Assembly: GCA_963666205.1 (NCBI GenBank)
Contig: OY762654.1
Span: 1,504,001 to 1,568,000, forward strand
DNA from: Synergistales bacterium
GTDB lineage: Bacteria > Synergistota > Synergistia > Synergistales > JAFGMB01
Reading direction: 5' to 3'
Length of the DNA stretch: 64,000 nucleotides
Both the position numbers and the translations under genes were made by a program. Shown one piece after another: positions 1 to 10,451 of the stretch (the stretch's first letter is position 1; each line of letters begins with the position of its first letter). The notes beneath the pieces are model-generated. The model saw nothing but the letters and a program-made list of their open reading frames with translations. It was not told the origin of the DNA and did no database searches.

Positions 1-258
1 ATGCTCATACAGCCCTTCATAAACTACAATCTGCCAAAAGGCTGGTATTACTCCTTCTCCCCCGTCATCACCGCGAACTGGGAGGCCGACTCAGGCAACC
101 AGTGGACGGTACCCCTGGGATTGGGCGTTGGACGTGTCATGACCCTGGGAAAACAGCCCGTCAACATATCCGCTGCAGCCTATTACAACGTCGAGAAACC
201 GGAATATGTGGATGATTGGCAGATAAGGCTGCAATTTACACTGCTCTACCCAAAATAG
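1..258 (+). CDS. C-terminal part of a probable outer-membrane beta-barrel protein (so-called neuromedin-U / transporter-like family); 5' truncated by the window
   Basis: Alternating aromatic beta-strands (QPFINYNL..GWY..SPVITANW..WTVPLGLGVGR..W.IRLQFTLLYPK); the ORF is open at the window start. Confidence 0.6.
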   Translation: MLIQPFINYNLPKGWYYSFSPVITANWEADSGNQWTVPLGLGVGRVMTLGKQPVNISAAAYYNVEKPEYVDDWQIRLQFTLLYPK

Positions 259-290
259 GTTTTGGATTCAGAAAAAAGGAGGACGGGAAA

Positions 291-995
291 ATGAAAAATT
301 TTAACAGAATGTTTCTTCTTTTAATGGTCGTAATGACCGCTTCTCTCATGATGCTCCAGGCATTTCCTGTATATGGAAGCACGCCCGAAGAAAGGATCGA
401 CTCTTCCATCAAGATGCTGGAAGAGATGTCGAAACAGACCGATGCAGGGTCCATGGCACGCTATATAAAAGAAGGAATAGGTGTAGCCCTCTACCCTTCG
501 GTGTTAAAGACTGGAATGGGTTTCGGGACCAAACGGGGAAAAGGATTGATCCTGCAGCGGGACCCGGCCACAGGAAAATGGTATGGCCCCAGCTTCACCG
601 ATATCCTTGGTGCTTCATGGGGGATACAGATCGGTGTCCAGGTCATATCCCTTGTTCTTGTCATCAACAACGAACGGGGTATGGAACCCTTTACAAAGGG
701 TGACAATGTAACCATAGGAAGTGATGTGGGTGTTGCTGCGGGGCCTGTGGGAAGAACGGCTGGAGCAGCCACAGATATTCAGGCGAAGGCGGCCATGTAC
801 AGCTACTCCATGTCGAAGGGACTTTTTGCAGGACTGTCGCTGGAAGGGGCAACTCTGCGGATCGACCAGAACGCCAACACAGCTTACTGGGGGAAAGCAA
901 CTCCTCCAAAGGAAGCCCTGTCAAAGGAAGCCACAGATGAAAGGGTGAAGCCCCTCATTGACAAGCTGGAGGAGCTTATGAAAAAAGCAGAATGA
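291..995 (+). CDS. Lipid-binding SYLF (Ysc84-like) domain protein with signal peptide
   Basis: G.S.G.QIG, VAAGPVGR and YSYSMSKGLFAGLSLEG motifs; AAGGAGG RBS places the start at ATG 291 rather than 216. Confidence 0.85.
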   Translation: MKNFNRMFLLLMVVMTASLMMLQAFPVYGSTPEERIDSSIKMLEEMSKQTDAGSMARYIKEGIGVALYPSVLKTGMGFGTKRGKGLILQRDPATGKWYGPSFTDILGASWGIQIGVQVISLVLVINNERGMEPFTKGDNVTIGSDVGVAAGPVGRTAGAATDIQAKAAMYSYSMSKGLFAGLSLEGATLRIDQNANTAYWGKATPPKEALSKEATDERVKPLIDKLEELMKKAE

Positions 996-1047
996 CCCCG
1001 GTTTCTGAGACACCGGATCGGAGGGCGTTGCGCTGACAATGGAGGTA

Positions 1048-1524
1048 ATGAAAATGTGGAAAAGAGGAATATTTTCAATCTCGGGTTGTATTTTAATACT
1101 GCTTTCTTTCTCCATTGCACTGGCATTCCCCGTTATTGAGCCTCAGAGGATACTTTCAGAGGAAGGCTGGCAGGAAGAATATGATTCATTTCTTGTAGAA
1201 GATAACCTGTTAAATGATCTGAAATCCGAGATGAAAAGTGAGGATGCCATTGAAGTATATTTCGCTTTCTGGTGCCCCGATTGCAAAAGGGAACTTCCCC
1301 ATTTTCTCAAGATCATGGACATGGCAGAAATGGATCTTGAGAATGTAACTTTCTACGAAGTGGAAAGAAAAAGCTCGGGTGACCAGAAATACTATTTTGA
1401 GGAAAAGAAGGTAACGAAAATACCTGCATTCATCCTTTTCAGAAATGGAAAGGAAGCGGGAAGGATAGTGGAATCCCCTAGGAAAAGCCTGGCCGAGGAC
1501 CTTGTTGAAATATTGAAGGAATAG
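1048..1524 (+). CDS. Exported thioredoxin-family protein
   Basis: WCPDC active site, cis-Pro region KIPAFI, N-terminal hydrophobic signal; GGAGG before ATG 1048. Confidence 0.8.
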   Translation: MKMWKRGIFSISGCILILLSFSIALAFPVIEPQRILSEEGWQEEYDSFLVEDNLLNDLKSEMKSEDAIEVYFAFWCPDCKRELPHFLKIMDMAEMDLENVTFYEVERKSSGDQKYYFEEKKVTKIPAFILFRNGKEAGRIVESPRKSLAEDLVEILKE

Positions 1525-1531
1525 GGAGGAT

Positions 1532-2593
1532 GTGTCCGAATTGTCCAGGGATAAACCCAGGGATGGAGCCCTTTTACTATTCAGATCAATGTTCCTGATA
1601 CTGCTGGCCTTCTTTTCGATAACCCTTTGTAACCCGGGCCATGCTTTCTACTACAGATCCCGTCCTGAAAGTGAAAAGGGCCCTACAGATGTGAACATAG
1701 GTATCTATGTTATCGATATATCCAGAGTGGATGATGCAAACCAGAGATTTTCCACAGATTTTATTCTTCGCCTTACCTGGAAGGATCCAAGGCTTGCCAT
1801 TGAATCGGATGAAGACACATCCTTAACCAGGTTCCTGTCCCTTGATGAAATATGGCATCCGGCTATTGGAATAATCCAGCAGGAGAATCTGACCAGGCAT
1901 TACCGGGATAATGTTGAGATCAGCCCTTCAGGAGATGTGAAATACTCCCAGAGATATTCAGGTAATGTTCATTTTGTCATGGACCTTAAGGACTTTCCCT
2001 TTGACGATCATATAATCACGTTGAGTGCTTCGTCATATCCCCACGACATTCATGAAGTGCAACTGATCCCTGACCCCGAAATAACAGGGATCGATCCGGC
2101 ATTAACCCTGACCGGGTGGAAGATCCTTTCATCCCGATACAATTCAGATACTTCATATATGGCTCCTCAGAACAAGTACAGAAGCAGGTTCAACCTTGAA
2201 ATTGAGGTCAAAAGAGAGCCCGGTTTTTTCCTCATGCGGATAGTTTTCCCTTTATCCATAATAGTGTTCATGTCCTGGATGGTCTTCTGGATCAACCCTA
2301 TCCATCTTGAAGCACAGATAGGAGTTTCGGCCACTGCCCTTCTCAGCCTTTTCGCATTTCACTTTTCCATGGGCGAACTCCTGCCCAGGATCTCCTACCT
2401 TACAAGAATGGATATTTTTGTTACAGGATCGACACTGCTGATATTCCTGGCCATTGTTGAGACCGTACGCACAAGCCTTCTGGCCGACAATGGACAGGAA
2501 AAAAGGGCATTGGATATCGATAGTTTCTGCAGGGTCTTTTTCCCGTTATTGTATATTTCCATCGCCGTCTATTCCATGCTCGTGATCTTCTAG
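1532..2593 (+). CDS. Prokaryotic pentameric ligand-gated ion channel (GLIC/ELIC-like)
   Basis: W.DPRL, IWHP, Pro-loop DLKDFPFD, then four TM helices (PLSIIVFMSW.VFWI; LPRISYLT..D; CRVFFP). Confidence 0.85.
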   Translation: MSELSRDKPRDGALLLFRSMFLILLAFFSITLCNPGHAFYYRSRPESEKGPTDVNIGIYVIDISRVDDANQRFSTDFILRLTWKDPRLAIESDEDTSLTRFLSLDEIWHPAIGIIQQENLTRHYRDNVEISPSGDVKYSQRYSGNVHFVMDLKDFPFDDHIITLSASSYPHDIHEVQLIPDPEITGIDPALTLTGWKILSSRYNSDTSYMAPQNKYRSRFNLEIEVKREPGFFLMRIVFPLSIIVFMSWMVFWINPIHLEAQIGVSATALLSLFAFHFSMGELLPRISYLTRMDIFVTGSTLLIFLAIVETVRTSLLADNGQEKRALDIDSFCRVFFPLLYISIAVYSMLVIF

Positions 2594-2644
2594 CAAGAAA
2601 ATGAAAATGGAAATATACCTGACAGATTTATTGTTCCATCCCCT

Positions 2645-2672
2645 GAGACCCCGGAAATTGCGGGTCTTTTTT
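2645..2672 (+). terminator. Rho-independent terminator
   Basis: GAGACCC..GGGTCT stem followed by a T-run. Confidence 0.6.
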
Positions 2673-2688
2673 CTTTGGATCTATCTTC

Positions 2689-2748
2689 TTGACAAAATCG
2701 CATATGGGACTAAAATCAAATAATCGTTTAAATCAAACGTTTGTTTGG
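2689..2748 (+). promoter_or_regulatory. Sigma70 promoter with probable TetR operator
   Basis: TTGACA(2689)-16 nt-TAAAAT(2711), followed by tandem imperfect palindromes CAAATAATCGTTTA and CAAACGTTTGTTTG upstream of tetR. Confidence 0.6.
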
Positions 2749-2774
2749 TAGTAATTTCAGGGAGATGAATATAC

Positions 2775-3377
2775 ATGTCGATGGAAGAAATGAATACACG
2801 GGAAAGAATACTGGAAACTGCAAAGAGACTTTTCGCTGATAGAAGCTTTGAGGGGGTTTCCATAAGGGATATAACAGGTGCTGCAGGAGTGAACACTTCC
2901 ATGATCTCCTATTACTTCGGGGGCAAGGATGGTCTCTACGAGGCCATCTTTGATAGTGAATTCATGTCCATGATCCGTTTCCTCAGTGACAGTGAGACCC
3001 TCAAAAAAATGCCTCCCCGTGAAAGGATAATCCACCTGGTCGACATGATCGTGGAAATGCACACGGAACATCCGGACCTGGCCAGGCTGCTCCACCATGA
3101 AATGCTCCACCCCACCAGAATGTACTCCGAAAAGATAGTGAAGGGAGTCTCCCTTCTGGCCGAAACTTTCAGAATGACCTTTCAGGAAGGAATTGAAAAG
3201 GGGATATTCCGTTCTGACCTGAAAAGTTTTGAAATGTCCTATGCCCTGGCCTCCATGGTGAACTACCAGTTCATCTTCTCCGGGCTCCTTTCAACGATAA
3301 TGGATAACCTTAATGTTTCAAAGGTCAGAACGGAAAGCCTTATTTCAATACTCATGGAAGGAATAGAGAATAGATGA
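2775..3377 (+). CDS. TetR/AcrR-family regulator (CecR/YbiH-like)
   Basis: N-terminal HTH: TRERILETAKRLFA..SIRDI..AAGVN.SMISYYFGGK. Confidence 0.9.
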   Translation: MSMEEMNTRERILETAKRLFADRSFEGVSIRDITGAAGVNTSMISYYFGGKDGLYEAIFDSEFMSMIRFLSDSETLKKMPPRERIIHLVDMIVEMHTEHPDLARLLHHEMLHPTRMYSEKIVKGVSLLAETFRMTFQEGIEKGIFRSDLKSFEMSYALASMVNYQFIFSGLLSTIMDNLNVSKVRTESLISILMEGIENR

Positions 3378-4390
3378 AGAAGCCAGGGGTCATTTTTTTC
3401 ACTATATTAATCGCTTCAGCAATTGTGGCGGGATACTTCTACAGGAACAGACTTCTGGAATTTCTGCCCCTGAACAGAAAAGATAACACCGTTCTGCGTG
3501 CTACCGGAACAATAGAAATACAGGAAGTTGATATTTCATCAAAAATGACAGGATATATTGAAAATATCCTTGTCGAGGAAAGCGACCTGGTGAAAGAAGA
3601 CCAACTGCTGGCAGTCATCAAGAGGCCCGATCTTATATCAAGGCTGGCCCTGGACAGAGCTTCTCTGGAAAAGGCAAGGGCATTACTTGCGGATATACAG
3701 AAAGGTGCCAGGAAAGAGGAGATCGCAGAAATAGACGCCAGGATCAAGGCGGCTTTATCACGTTACGGCCAGGCAGAAAAGGACTATGAACGTTATCGCA
3801 GACTTTACGAGGATAACGTGGTCAGTTCAAAACAGATGGAGGAATTCCGTCTCAGCAGGAATGTTGCTCTTGAAGAAGTCAAAGCCCTGAAGGAAAAGAG
3901 AGACCTTCTTCTCCTTGGCGCAAGGGATGATCAGGTAAAGGCCCAGGAAGAGGAAATAAAAAAACTTGAAGCAAACATAGGAATAACCGAAACAGAAATA
4001 GAAGATACCCGGATAACAAGTCCCCTTTCCGGAGTTGTTCTTTTAAAGAATTACGAGAGGGGCGAGCTTGCCTCAGCAGGTTCCATTCTTCTGACCATCG
4101 GCGATTACACAGATTGCTGGATCAACATATACGTTCCCTCAAGCCTGCTGGGTTATGTATATCCAGGACAGGAGGCTTCCATCAGGATAGATTCCTGGCC
4201 AGAAACCGCTTTTACCGGAAATGTTTCGGAGATCGCGGAAAGAGCCGAATATACTCCCAGGGCGAGCATTACTCCCGAGGAAAGAGCCAATCTGGTTTTC
4301 AGGGTCAGGATCTCCCTGGATAATCAAGAGGGTATCTTCAAACCCGGAATGCCCGCTGACGTGATCATAATGAAGAAGGAACTGAAATGA
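3374..4390 (+). CDS. HlyD-family membrane fusion protein (YbhG-like)
   Basis: N-terminal TM, lipoyl halves, coiled coil, AEYTP and KPGMPADV. Confidence 0.9.
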   Translation: MKKPGVIFFTILIASAIVAGYFYRNRLLEFLPLNRKDNTVLRATGTIEIQEVDISSKMTGYIENILVEESDLVKEDQLLAVIKRPDLISRLALDRASLEKARALLADIQKGARKEEIAEIDARIKAALSRYGQAEKDYERYRRLYEDNVVSSKQMEEFRLSRNVALEEVKALKEKRDLLLLGARDDQVKAQEEEIKKLEANIGITETEIEDTRITSPLSGVVLLKNYERGELASAGSILLTIGDYTDCWINIYVPSSLLGYVYPGQEASIRIDSWPETAFTGNVSEIAERAEYTPRASITPEERANLVFRVRISLDNQEGIFKPGMPADVIIMKKELK

Positions 4391-5280
4391 TCGAGGCAAG
4401 GGAACTGAAAAAGGATTTTGGCAAGGTGAAGGCTGTGAGAAGCATCTCCTTCACAGTCCATAAGGGGGAAATTTATGGGATAGTCGGGCCCGACGGCGCC
4501 GGCAAGACGACAACTCTCAGGATGATAGCCGGAGTAATGAAACCTTCTGGTGGAGAGATCTTTCTGTCGGACCAGAAAAATGGTAAGGCAGTTCCCGGGA
4601 GAATGGGTTACATGCCACAGAACTTCAGTCTGTACGAGGAATTCTCCGTATGGGAAAACGTAAATTTCGTAGGATCCATGTACGGGGTAGAGAACATGAA
4701 GATCAGGAAAAAAGGAGAGGAAGTTCTCTCCCTTATGGGGCTTATCGATTTCGGAGACCGCCTGGCTGGAAGGCTTTCGGGGGGAATGAAGCAGAAACTG
4801 GCCCTGGCCTGTGCCCTTCTCCACGAACCGGAATTTCTTATCCTGGACGAACCTTCGAGAGGAGTGGACCCTGTATCCAGAAGGGAATTCTGGGAGATCC
4901 TCTACAGATTGAACAGCGAAGGAATAACAGTACTGGTTTCAACCCCCTACATGGACGAGGCGGAACTATGTTCTCAACTTGCCTTTATGCATCATGGAAG
5001 GATACTCCTTTCCGGATCACCAGAAGAAATATGCCGGAAATATCCCTGGAAAGTTCTGGAGGTTCATTCTCCTGAAAAAAGATTCCGGAAAGAACTCGAG
5101 GATTTACCCTGTCATGATATCAACTCATTCGGAGACACCATTCATGTAGCAGTTGAGGATGTTTTTCAAAAAACCCGCGAAATAGAACATATTTTTGCCC
5201 ATTCCGGGATTGGGGATTATTCCATAAGGGAAATATCCCCTTCCATAGAAGATGTTTTTGTTGAGTTTTCAAAGGATTGA
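4387..5280 (+). CDS. ABC transporter ATP-binding protein
   Basis: GPDGAGKTT, LSGGMKQK, LDEP. Confidence 0.95.
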   Translation: MIEARELKKDFGKVKAVRSISFTVHKGEIYGIVGPDGAGKTTTLRMIAGVMKPSGGEIFLSDQKNGKAVPGRMGYMPQNFSLYEEFSVWENVNFVGSMYGVENMKIRKKGEEVLSLMGLIDFGDRLAGRLSGGMKQKLALACALLHEPEFLILDEPSRGVDPVSRREFWEILYRLNSEGITVLVSTPYMDEAELCSQLAFMHHGRILLSGSPEEICRKYPWKVLEVHSPEKRFRKELEDLPCHDINSFGDTIHVAVEDVFQKTREIEHIFAHSGIGDYSIREISPSIEDVFVEFSKD

Positions 5281-6203
5281 TCATTATGAAAGAAACTGTT
5301 GTTAAAACTCGAGGACTCACGAAAAGGTTCGGCACTTTCAGAGCTGTTGACAGGGTGGATCTTGAAATATCCAGGGGTCAGATCTTCGGTTTTCTGGGTC
5401 CTAACGGTTCAGGAAAGACCACCACCATCAGGATGCTCTGTGGGCTTCTCTCTCCTTCCGAGGGAGAGGGCTCCATACTTGGAATGGATATTTCAGTGGA
5501 AGGTAAGAAAATACGGGAAAATATTGGTTACATGTCACAGAAATTCAGCCTCTACTCCGATCTCACTGTTATGGAGAATCTGAAATTTTATTCGGGCATG
5601 TACAGTCTTGGACGGAAGATGTCTTCGTTAAGGATAGAGGAACTGATTAAATTATCCCATCTTGAAGAGATGGGAAATGAATTGGCATCAAACCTTTCAT
5701 CCGGGGTAAGACAGCGATTGGCCCTCTGCTGTTCTATTCTTCATGAGCCTTCCATTCTATTTCTGGACGAACCCACAAGCGGAGTCGACCCGGCAGGCAG
5801 GAGGAATTTCTGGAAGATCATCTATTCCCTTGCAGAAAAAGGCACCACTATCATGGTTACCACCCATTTCATGGATGAAGCAGAACACTGTGACCGGCTG
5901 GGACTTATGTACTCCGGACAGCTTCTGGCCTGTGATACGCCTGAAGATCTGAAAAAAGAACTCCCTGGCCATCTCTTCTGCATAAGTACCAAGAATCCTG
6001 TAACCCTCCTTGAACACATAAAGAATAGCAATGAGGAGATCATTGACGCCTATCTCTACGGCAGGTCATTAAGAATACTTTCAAGGAGCGAAAAACTTGT
6101 GATTCCAGGAGAAATGCCGTCGGAAAGGATCGAGCCCTCCCTTGAGGATATTTTCGTTCACTATGTCAGGGAAGGCATAAAAATCGAAAGAAATGCAGCC
6201 TGA
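5277..6203 (+). CDS. ABC transporter ATP-binding protein
   Basis: GPNGSGKTT, LSSG, FLDEPTSGVDP, TTH. Confidence 0.95.
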   Translation: MIIMKETVVKTRGLTKRFGTFRAVDRVDLEISRGQIFGFLGPNGSGKTTTIRMLCGLLSPSEGEGSILGMDISVEGKKIRENIGYMSQKFSLYSDLTVMENLKFYSGMYSLGRKMSSLRIEELIKLSHLEEMGNELASNLSSGVRQRLALCCSILHEPSILFLDEPTSGVDPAGRRNFWKIIYSLAEKGTTIMVTTHFMDEAEHCDRLGLMYSGQLLACDTPEDLKKELPGHLFCISTKNPVTLLEHIKNSNEEIIDAYLYGRSLRILSRSEKLVIPGEMPSERIEPSLEDIFVHYVREGIKIERNAA

Positions 6204-6217
6204 GGAAGAGGGTAAAG

Positions 6218-7330
6218 ATGAGAAGACTTCTGGCCCTTATAAAAAAAGAATTCATTCAGATGAGGCGCGACAGGATAACCCTGGCCCTTATGATGATGCT
6301 TCCGGTGGTACAGCTAATTATTTTCGGCTTCGCCATAAATACTGATGTCAAACACCTTTCAACGGCGGTGTTCGATCAGTCCCAGACCCAGGAAAGCAGG
6401 GAGCTGATAAGATCTTTCAAGGCAACCCAGTATTTTGACATAAAGCACTATGCCCGAAGCTACGAAGGGGTAACCGAACTTATCCAGAAAGGGACCGTAA
6501 AGGTGGGAATAGTGATCCCTCACGATCATGCCCAAAACCTGAAAAAAGGAACTCCGGCCCAGGTACAGGTCCTTGTGGATGCAACGGACTCCATGTCTTC
6601 TGCCTCTGCAATAAATGCGGCGGAACTGGTGGGGTTAAAAAGATCGGAAGAATTAAGGTTCCACGGGTTGAAGGGCACCAGGGATCCTGCCTATGATATC
6701 CGGGTTAGAGCCTGGTATAACAGGGACTTCAGGTCCACATGGTTTATCGTTCCTGGAATCCTTGGCATCATTCTGACCATGACCATGCTCATGATAACTT
6801 CCATGGCCATCGTCCGGGAAAGGGAAAGGGGTACCCTTGAACAGCTTATCGTAACTCCCATGAGATCCTGGGAGCTCATGCTTGGAAAGATCATTCCCTA
6901 CATAACCGTGGGATACGTTCAACTGACTCTGGGACTTCTGGTTGGTAAATTCATTTTCAGGGTCCCCATGAGAGGCAGCATGACCCTTCTCTATGTACTT
7001 ACCCTTCTTTTCATAGTGGCAACCCTTGCCTGGGGAATACTCATATCAACCATGGCCAGGACCCAGACCCAGGCCATGATAATGTCCATATTCGGTCTTC
7101 TGCCCAGCATCCTTCTTTCGGGATTCGTCTTTCCCCGGGAGGGAATGCCCCGGTTCTTCCAGGTCATAAGCAACATTCTCCCGCTGACCTGGTTTCTCCA
7201 GATAACCAGGGGGATCATGTTAAAGGGTGTGGGAATAAATTACCTGTGGCCCCAGTTAGGAGCCCTGGTGATACTTATATCATTTTTCCTGACGGTAAGC
7301 CTCATCAAATTCAGAAAGACTCTTGATTGA
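6218..7330 (+). CDS. ABC-2 type permease (YbhR/S-like)
   Basis: KEF.Q..RD, RERE.GTLEQL..TP, LSGF.FP. Confidence 0.92.
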   Translation: MRRLLALIKKEFIQMRRDRITLALMMMLPVVQLIIFGFAINTDVKHLSTAVFDQSQTQESRELIRSFKATQYFDIKHYARSYEGVTELIQKGTVKVGIVIPHDHAQNLKKGTPAQVQVLVDATDSMSSASAINAAELVGLKRSEELRFHGLKGTRDPAYDIRVRAWYNRDFRSTWFIVPGILGIILTMTMLMITSMAIVRERERGTLEQLIVTPMRSWELMLGKIIPYITVGYVQLTLGLLVGKFIFRVPMRGSMTLLYVLTLLFIVATLAWGILISTMARTQTQAMIMSIFGLLPSILLSGFVFPREGMPRFFQVISNILPLTWFLQITRGIMLKGVGINYLWPQLGALVILISFFLTVSLIKFRKTLD

Positions 7331-7496
7331 AAAACTGAAGGTCTGATCTGCGAAAATGTTTTATGCAGAATACTAACAGTGAGAAGAACTGGCTTGATGA
7401 TCTTAATAATCTGGGGTATCATTCAATCTATCTCCTCAGTCAACTCTTTAACGAGCTAATAAAAATATTTACTTTTTTAAAGAAAGGATATGGATC

Positions 7497-8801
7497 ATGA
7501 AATATTTCAGGGGAGAGAAATTATCAGGATATTTTCTGTTCTTAATTATAATCCTTTTACTCACGGGGCCCCTGGCTGTTTTCTCAGCATCAGAGGAGGT
7601 TTCCGTCGAGAAATTACTGCTCCTTGTTCAGCTTGAAAACAAAACTATTAAATCATCTGCCTCCCGGCTTGAATCGACCTACTATGCAGTGAGATCTGCC
7701 GTATCTTCACAGAGACCGGCTGTGGTCATTCAGGGTACTACAAACAGCATAACCAGCGAAAATGCTGAAAACACTATCTCCGCAGGTATAACTCACCGTC
7801 TGGATATCTCCGGTATCTACTCTACCCAGGAGAAAAGTGCCATCTACGGGTACCTTGTACAGGCTGAAACTCACCGGAACCTGGTCAATGATATTCTCTC
7901 CTCTGCAGAAGCTCTTTACTGGATGGGCGTCATGGCCCTGGAGAACGTAGACCTTTACAGGAACATCCTGAAACAGAGACAGGAAAATCTCCGTATAACT
8001 GAAGAACAGTTTCGTCAGGACCTTATTCCCATGCTTGATGTTATAAGGGCTGAAACAAAGATGGAGGAAGGTATAAGTCTCCTCACACAGGCAGAATCGG
8101 ATTACAGAGACATCCTTGCCCAGCTTTCAACCCTTGTAGCAGGACTCGAAGTATCACCCTTGAAAACCAGTCTCATTCCTCCAGATATGCCAAGGGTCCG
8201 GGATGTTGAAGAAACCTGCTCAGACCGGCCGGACATAAGGTCTCTGGAATATGCCCTGGAAAAGGCAGGCAGGGACCTTGACCTTGCAGCCAAAGGCCTT
8301 TCCCCCACCCTGGATGCATTCCTGGGGTGGACAGCGTGGTCGGACTCAGAGCGTATATCCCCTGCCGAGAACGAGATCCTTCTTTCCCTGACTCTTAATG
8401 TTCCCATCACTGATGGGAATAACACAAAAAACCAGGTAAGAGAAAAAGAGGAAACCATAAAGGGCGCAAAAAGGGAACTTGAGGCACGGAAGGATAAGGC
8501 CAGGGAGGAGATAATCCTCGCACAGAACAGGTGGGAAAAGGCCCTGGCTCTCAGAAAAAGCCGGGAAAAGCAGGCCCAGCTCGCAGAAGAGGAATTGAGA
8601 ATAACCACCCTTCTTTACACTGAGGGACTGGGAAGCCAGCTGGATCTTCTCAATGCCCAGACGGAACATGTCCGGGCCAATACTGAAAGACTTGATACCA
8701 TAAAGGAACTGTACCTGGCCCTGGTGGATATGAAGCGGGCCTGCGGAACCTATGCCAGCGAATATACGGACAGGGATTGGATAAGATATCGGGAGTGGTG
8801 A
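7497..8801 (+). CDS. TolC-family outer membrane efflux protein
   Basis: Signal peptide, two OEP repeats (RPDI..LE; Y..GLGSQLDLLNAQ). Confidence 0.88.
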   Translation: MKYFRGEKLSGYFLFLIIILLLTGPLAVFSASEEVSVEKLLLLVQLENKTIKSSASRLESTYYAVRSAVSSQRPAVVIQGTTNSITSENAENTISAGITHRLDISGIYSTQEKSAIYGYLVQAETHRNLVNDILSSAEALYWMGVMALENVDLYRNILKQRQENLRITEEQFRQDLIPMLDVIRAETKMEEGISLLTQAESDYRDILAQLSTLVAGLEVSPLKTSLIPPDMPRVRDVEETCSDRPDIRSLEYALEKAGRDLDLAAKGLSPTLDAFLGWTAWSDSERISPAENEILLSLTLNVPITDGNNTKNQVREKEETIKGAKRELEARKDKAREEIILAQNRWEKALALRKSREKQAQLAEEELRITTLLYTEGLGSQLDLLNAQTEHVRANTERLDTIKELYLALVDMKRACGTYASEYTDRDWIRYREW

Positions 8802-8806
8802 TCTCC

Positions 8807-9901
8807 ATGAGAAAGAACAAGGGAAAAATCAGGATATTTTATTTTATTGTCGTTTTACTGATCCTCGGTGGACTATTTACAGGATTTCGTTTTATTGCTG
8901 CCAGAAGAGCAAAGGAGGAAGTTCCTCCCAGCGTTGCTGACATACGGGCTGAGAAGGGCATACCTGTCAGGGTCGCTAAAGTAGAAGCCCTGCCATGGCA
9001 GGTCTGGAAAAGGTATTACGGACAGGTCAGGGCATCAAGGACACAGGACGTTACATCCTTCGTGAGAGAGTTCATCGTTGAAGTCCCCGTGGATGTGGGG
9101 GATAAGGTCAGGACCGGAGACGTCCTTCTTGAACTGTCAACTGAAACCCAGGCCTTTGATCTTTCTGCCAGGGTCGCAGACTACCAGGAGGCGAAAAGGG
9201 ACTACGAAAGAAAACTTGCTCTCAGCAAGGCCGGCGGTCTATCAAAACAGGAAGTTGAAAAAGCCTACGTAACCATGGAACAGAAAAGATCCCTTGTGAG
9301 AGATGTCCAGACCAAGGTTTCTCGTACAAAGGTATATGCAAAAATAGATGGGACCGTAACCTATCGTGATGCCGAGGTGGGAGAAATAGCCGAATCGGGC
9401 AAACGGGTAATGGCGGTCGCCGACACGGAACATCTGGAAGTTGAAGTTCTTCTTCCCCCTCTGGAAATAGGACGTATTAAAAAAGGGATTACTGTAAGAA
9501 TAAGTCTCCAGGACAGGACCTGCCCCGAGATGAAGGTCTGCGAGGGAACCGTTCTCAGGCTCGACCCCGAGGCTGATCCCAGCACCGGGTTATATAAATG
9601 CATAGTGGAACTCACCCGTGGAGCGGACTTTCCTCCAGGATCATACGTGGAAACGGAATTTCTCATAGATGACAGGCCTCAAGTTATACAGATACCTTAC
9701 GAGATCATCGACCGGGAAGGCAGCAGAACCTTCGTTTACGTCATTGAGGATGAAAGGGCCTTCAAACGCTACATCCAGACAGGTGAAGGTGTTGACCGGA
9801 TGATGGAAGTTGTTCAGGGACTTTCTGCCGGGGAAACAATCGTTGTTGAAGGTATGGATAACATCTTCGACAGCGCTCAGGTATGGATCCAGGAACCATA
9901 A
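8807..9901 (+). CDS. RND efflux periplasmic adaptor subunit
   Basis: TM anchor, VDVGD.V..GD.L, A.IDG.V, GLSAGETIVVEG; RBS favours ATG 8807. Confidence 0.9.
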   Translation: MRKNKGKIRIFYFIVVLLILGGLFTGFRFIAARRAKEEVPPSVADIRAEKGIPVRVAKVEALPWQVWKRYYGQVRASRTQDVTSFVREFIVEVPVDVGDKVRTGDVLLELSTETQAFDLSARVADYQEAKRDYERKLALSKAGGLSKQEVEKAYVTMEQKRSLVRDVQTKVSRTKVYAKIDGTVTYRDAEVGEIAESGKRVMAVADTEHLEVEVLLPPLEIGRIKKGITVRISLQDRTCPEMKVCEGTVLRLDPEADPSTGLYKCIVELTRGADFPPGSYVETEFLIDDRPQVIQIPYEIIDREGSRTFVYVIEDERAFKRYIQTGEGVDRMMEVVQGLSAGETIVVEGMDNIFDSAQVWIQEP

Positions 9902-9902
9902 C

Positions 9903-9935
9903 AATTTTAGATTTTAGATTTTAGATTTTGGATTA
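9903..9935 (+). repeat. Heptamer tandem array (ATTTT[A/G]G)n, left arm of a 33-bp inverted repeat
   Basis: aattttagattttagattttagattttggatta; its reverse complement matches 10642-10674 at 31/33. Confidence 0.9.
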
Positions 9936-10082
9936 GAAGCAAAACCTGAAAAATTAAAAACAAGAAAAGAGAAATTTGGAATTTTAGAATAAAACCCAAC
10001 AATAAAAGATTGCATTTTAGATTGAAACCCCAAAAAGAACATCAAATCAATTCAAGACTTTACAATTTAGAGGGGATGCAGC

Positions 10083-10451
10083 ATGGACGAAAAAACATTC
10101 AAAAACAGAACAAAGCAAATAGCCCTTGATTTTATTACATTGATCGACAAACTACCCAAAACAAGTTCAGGATCAGTCATAGGAAAGCAGTTACTCCGAT
10201 CATCAACGTCTGTCGGAGCGAATTATAGAGCAGCATGCAGGGGAAAATCTGTTGCAGATGTTATTTCAAAAATGTCCATTGTGGAAGAAGAAGCAGATGA
10301 GACACTTTACTGGTGTGAACTTCTTAGAGAATCTGGATTATTTTCTGAAGAAAACATTATGCCTCTTGAAAAAGAAATGAATGAGATCCTGGCCATGACA
10401 GTGGCTTCGATAAAGACACTTCGATCAAAACAGAAGAGGAAGAAGGATTAG
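10083..10451 (+). CDS. Four-helix-bundle protein (23S rRNA intervening-sequence / Avd-like family)
   Basis: QLLRSSTSVGANYRAA.R.KS..D.ISK..IV.EEADET.YW.ELL signature. Confidence 0.92.
   Translation: MDEKTFKNRTKQIALDFITLIDKLPKTSSGSVIGKQLLRSSTSVGANYRAACRGKSVADVISKMSIVEEEADETLYWCELLRESGLFSEENIMPLEKEMNEILAMTVASIKTLRSKQKRKKD

Noticed and set aside
10083-10451. Diversity-generating retroelement (Avd-like protein)
   Set aside because: No reverse transcriptase and no TR/VR pair with adenine-specific mismatches in the window.
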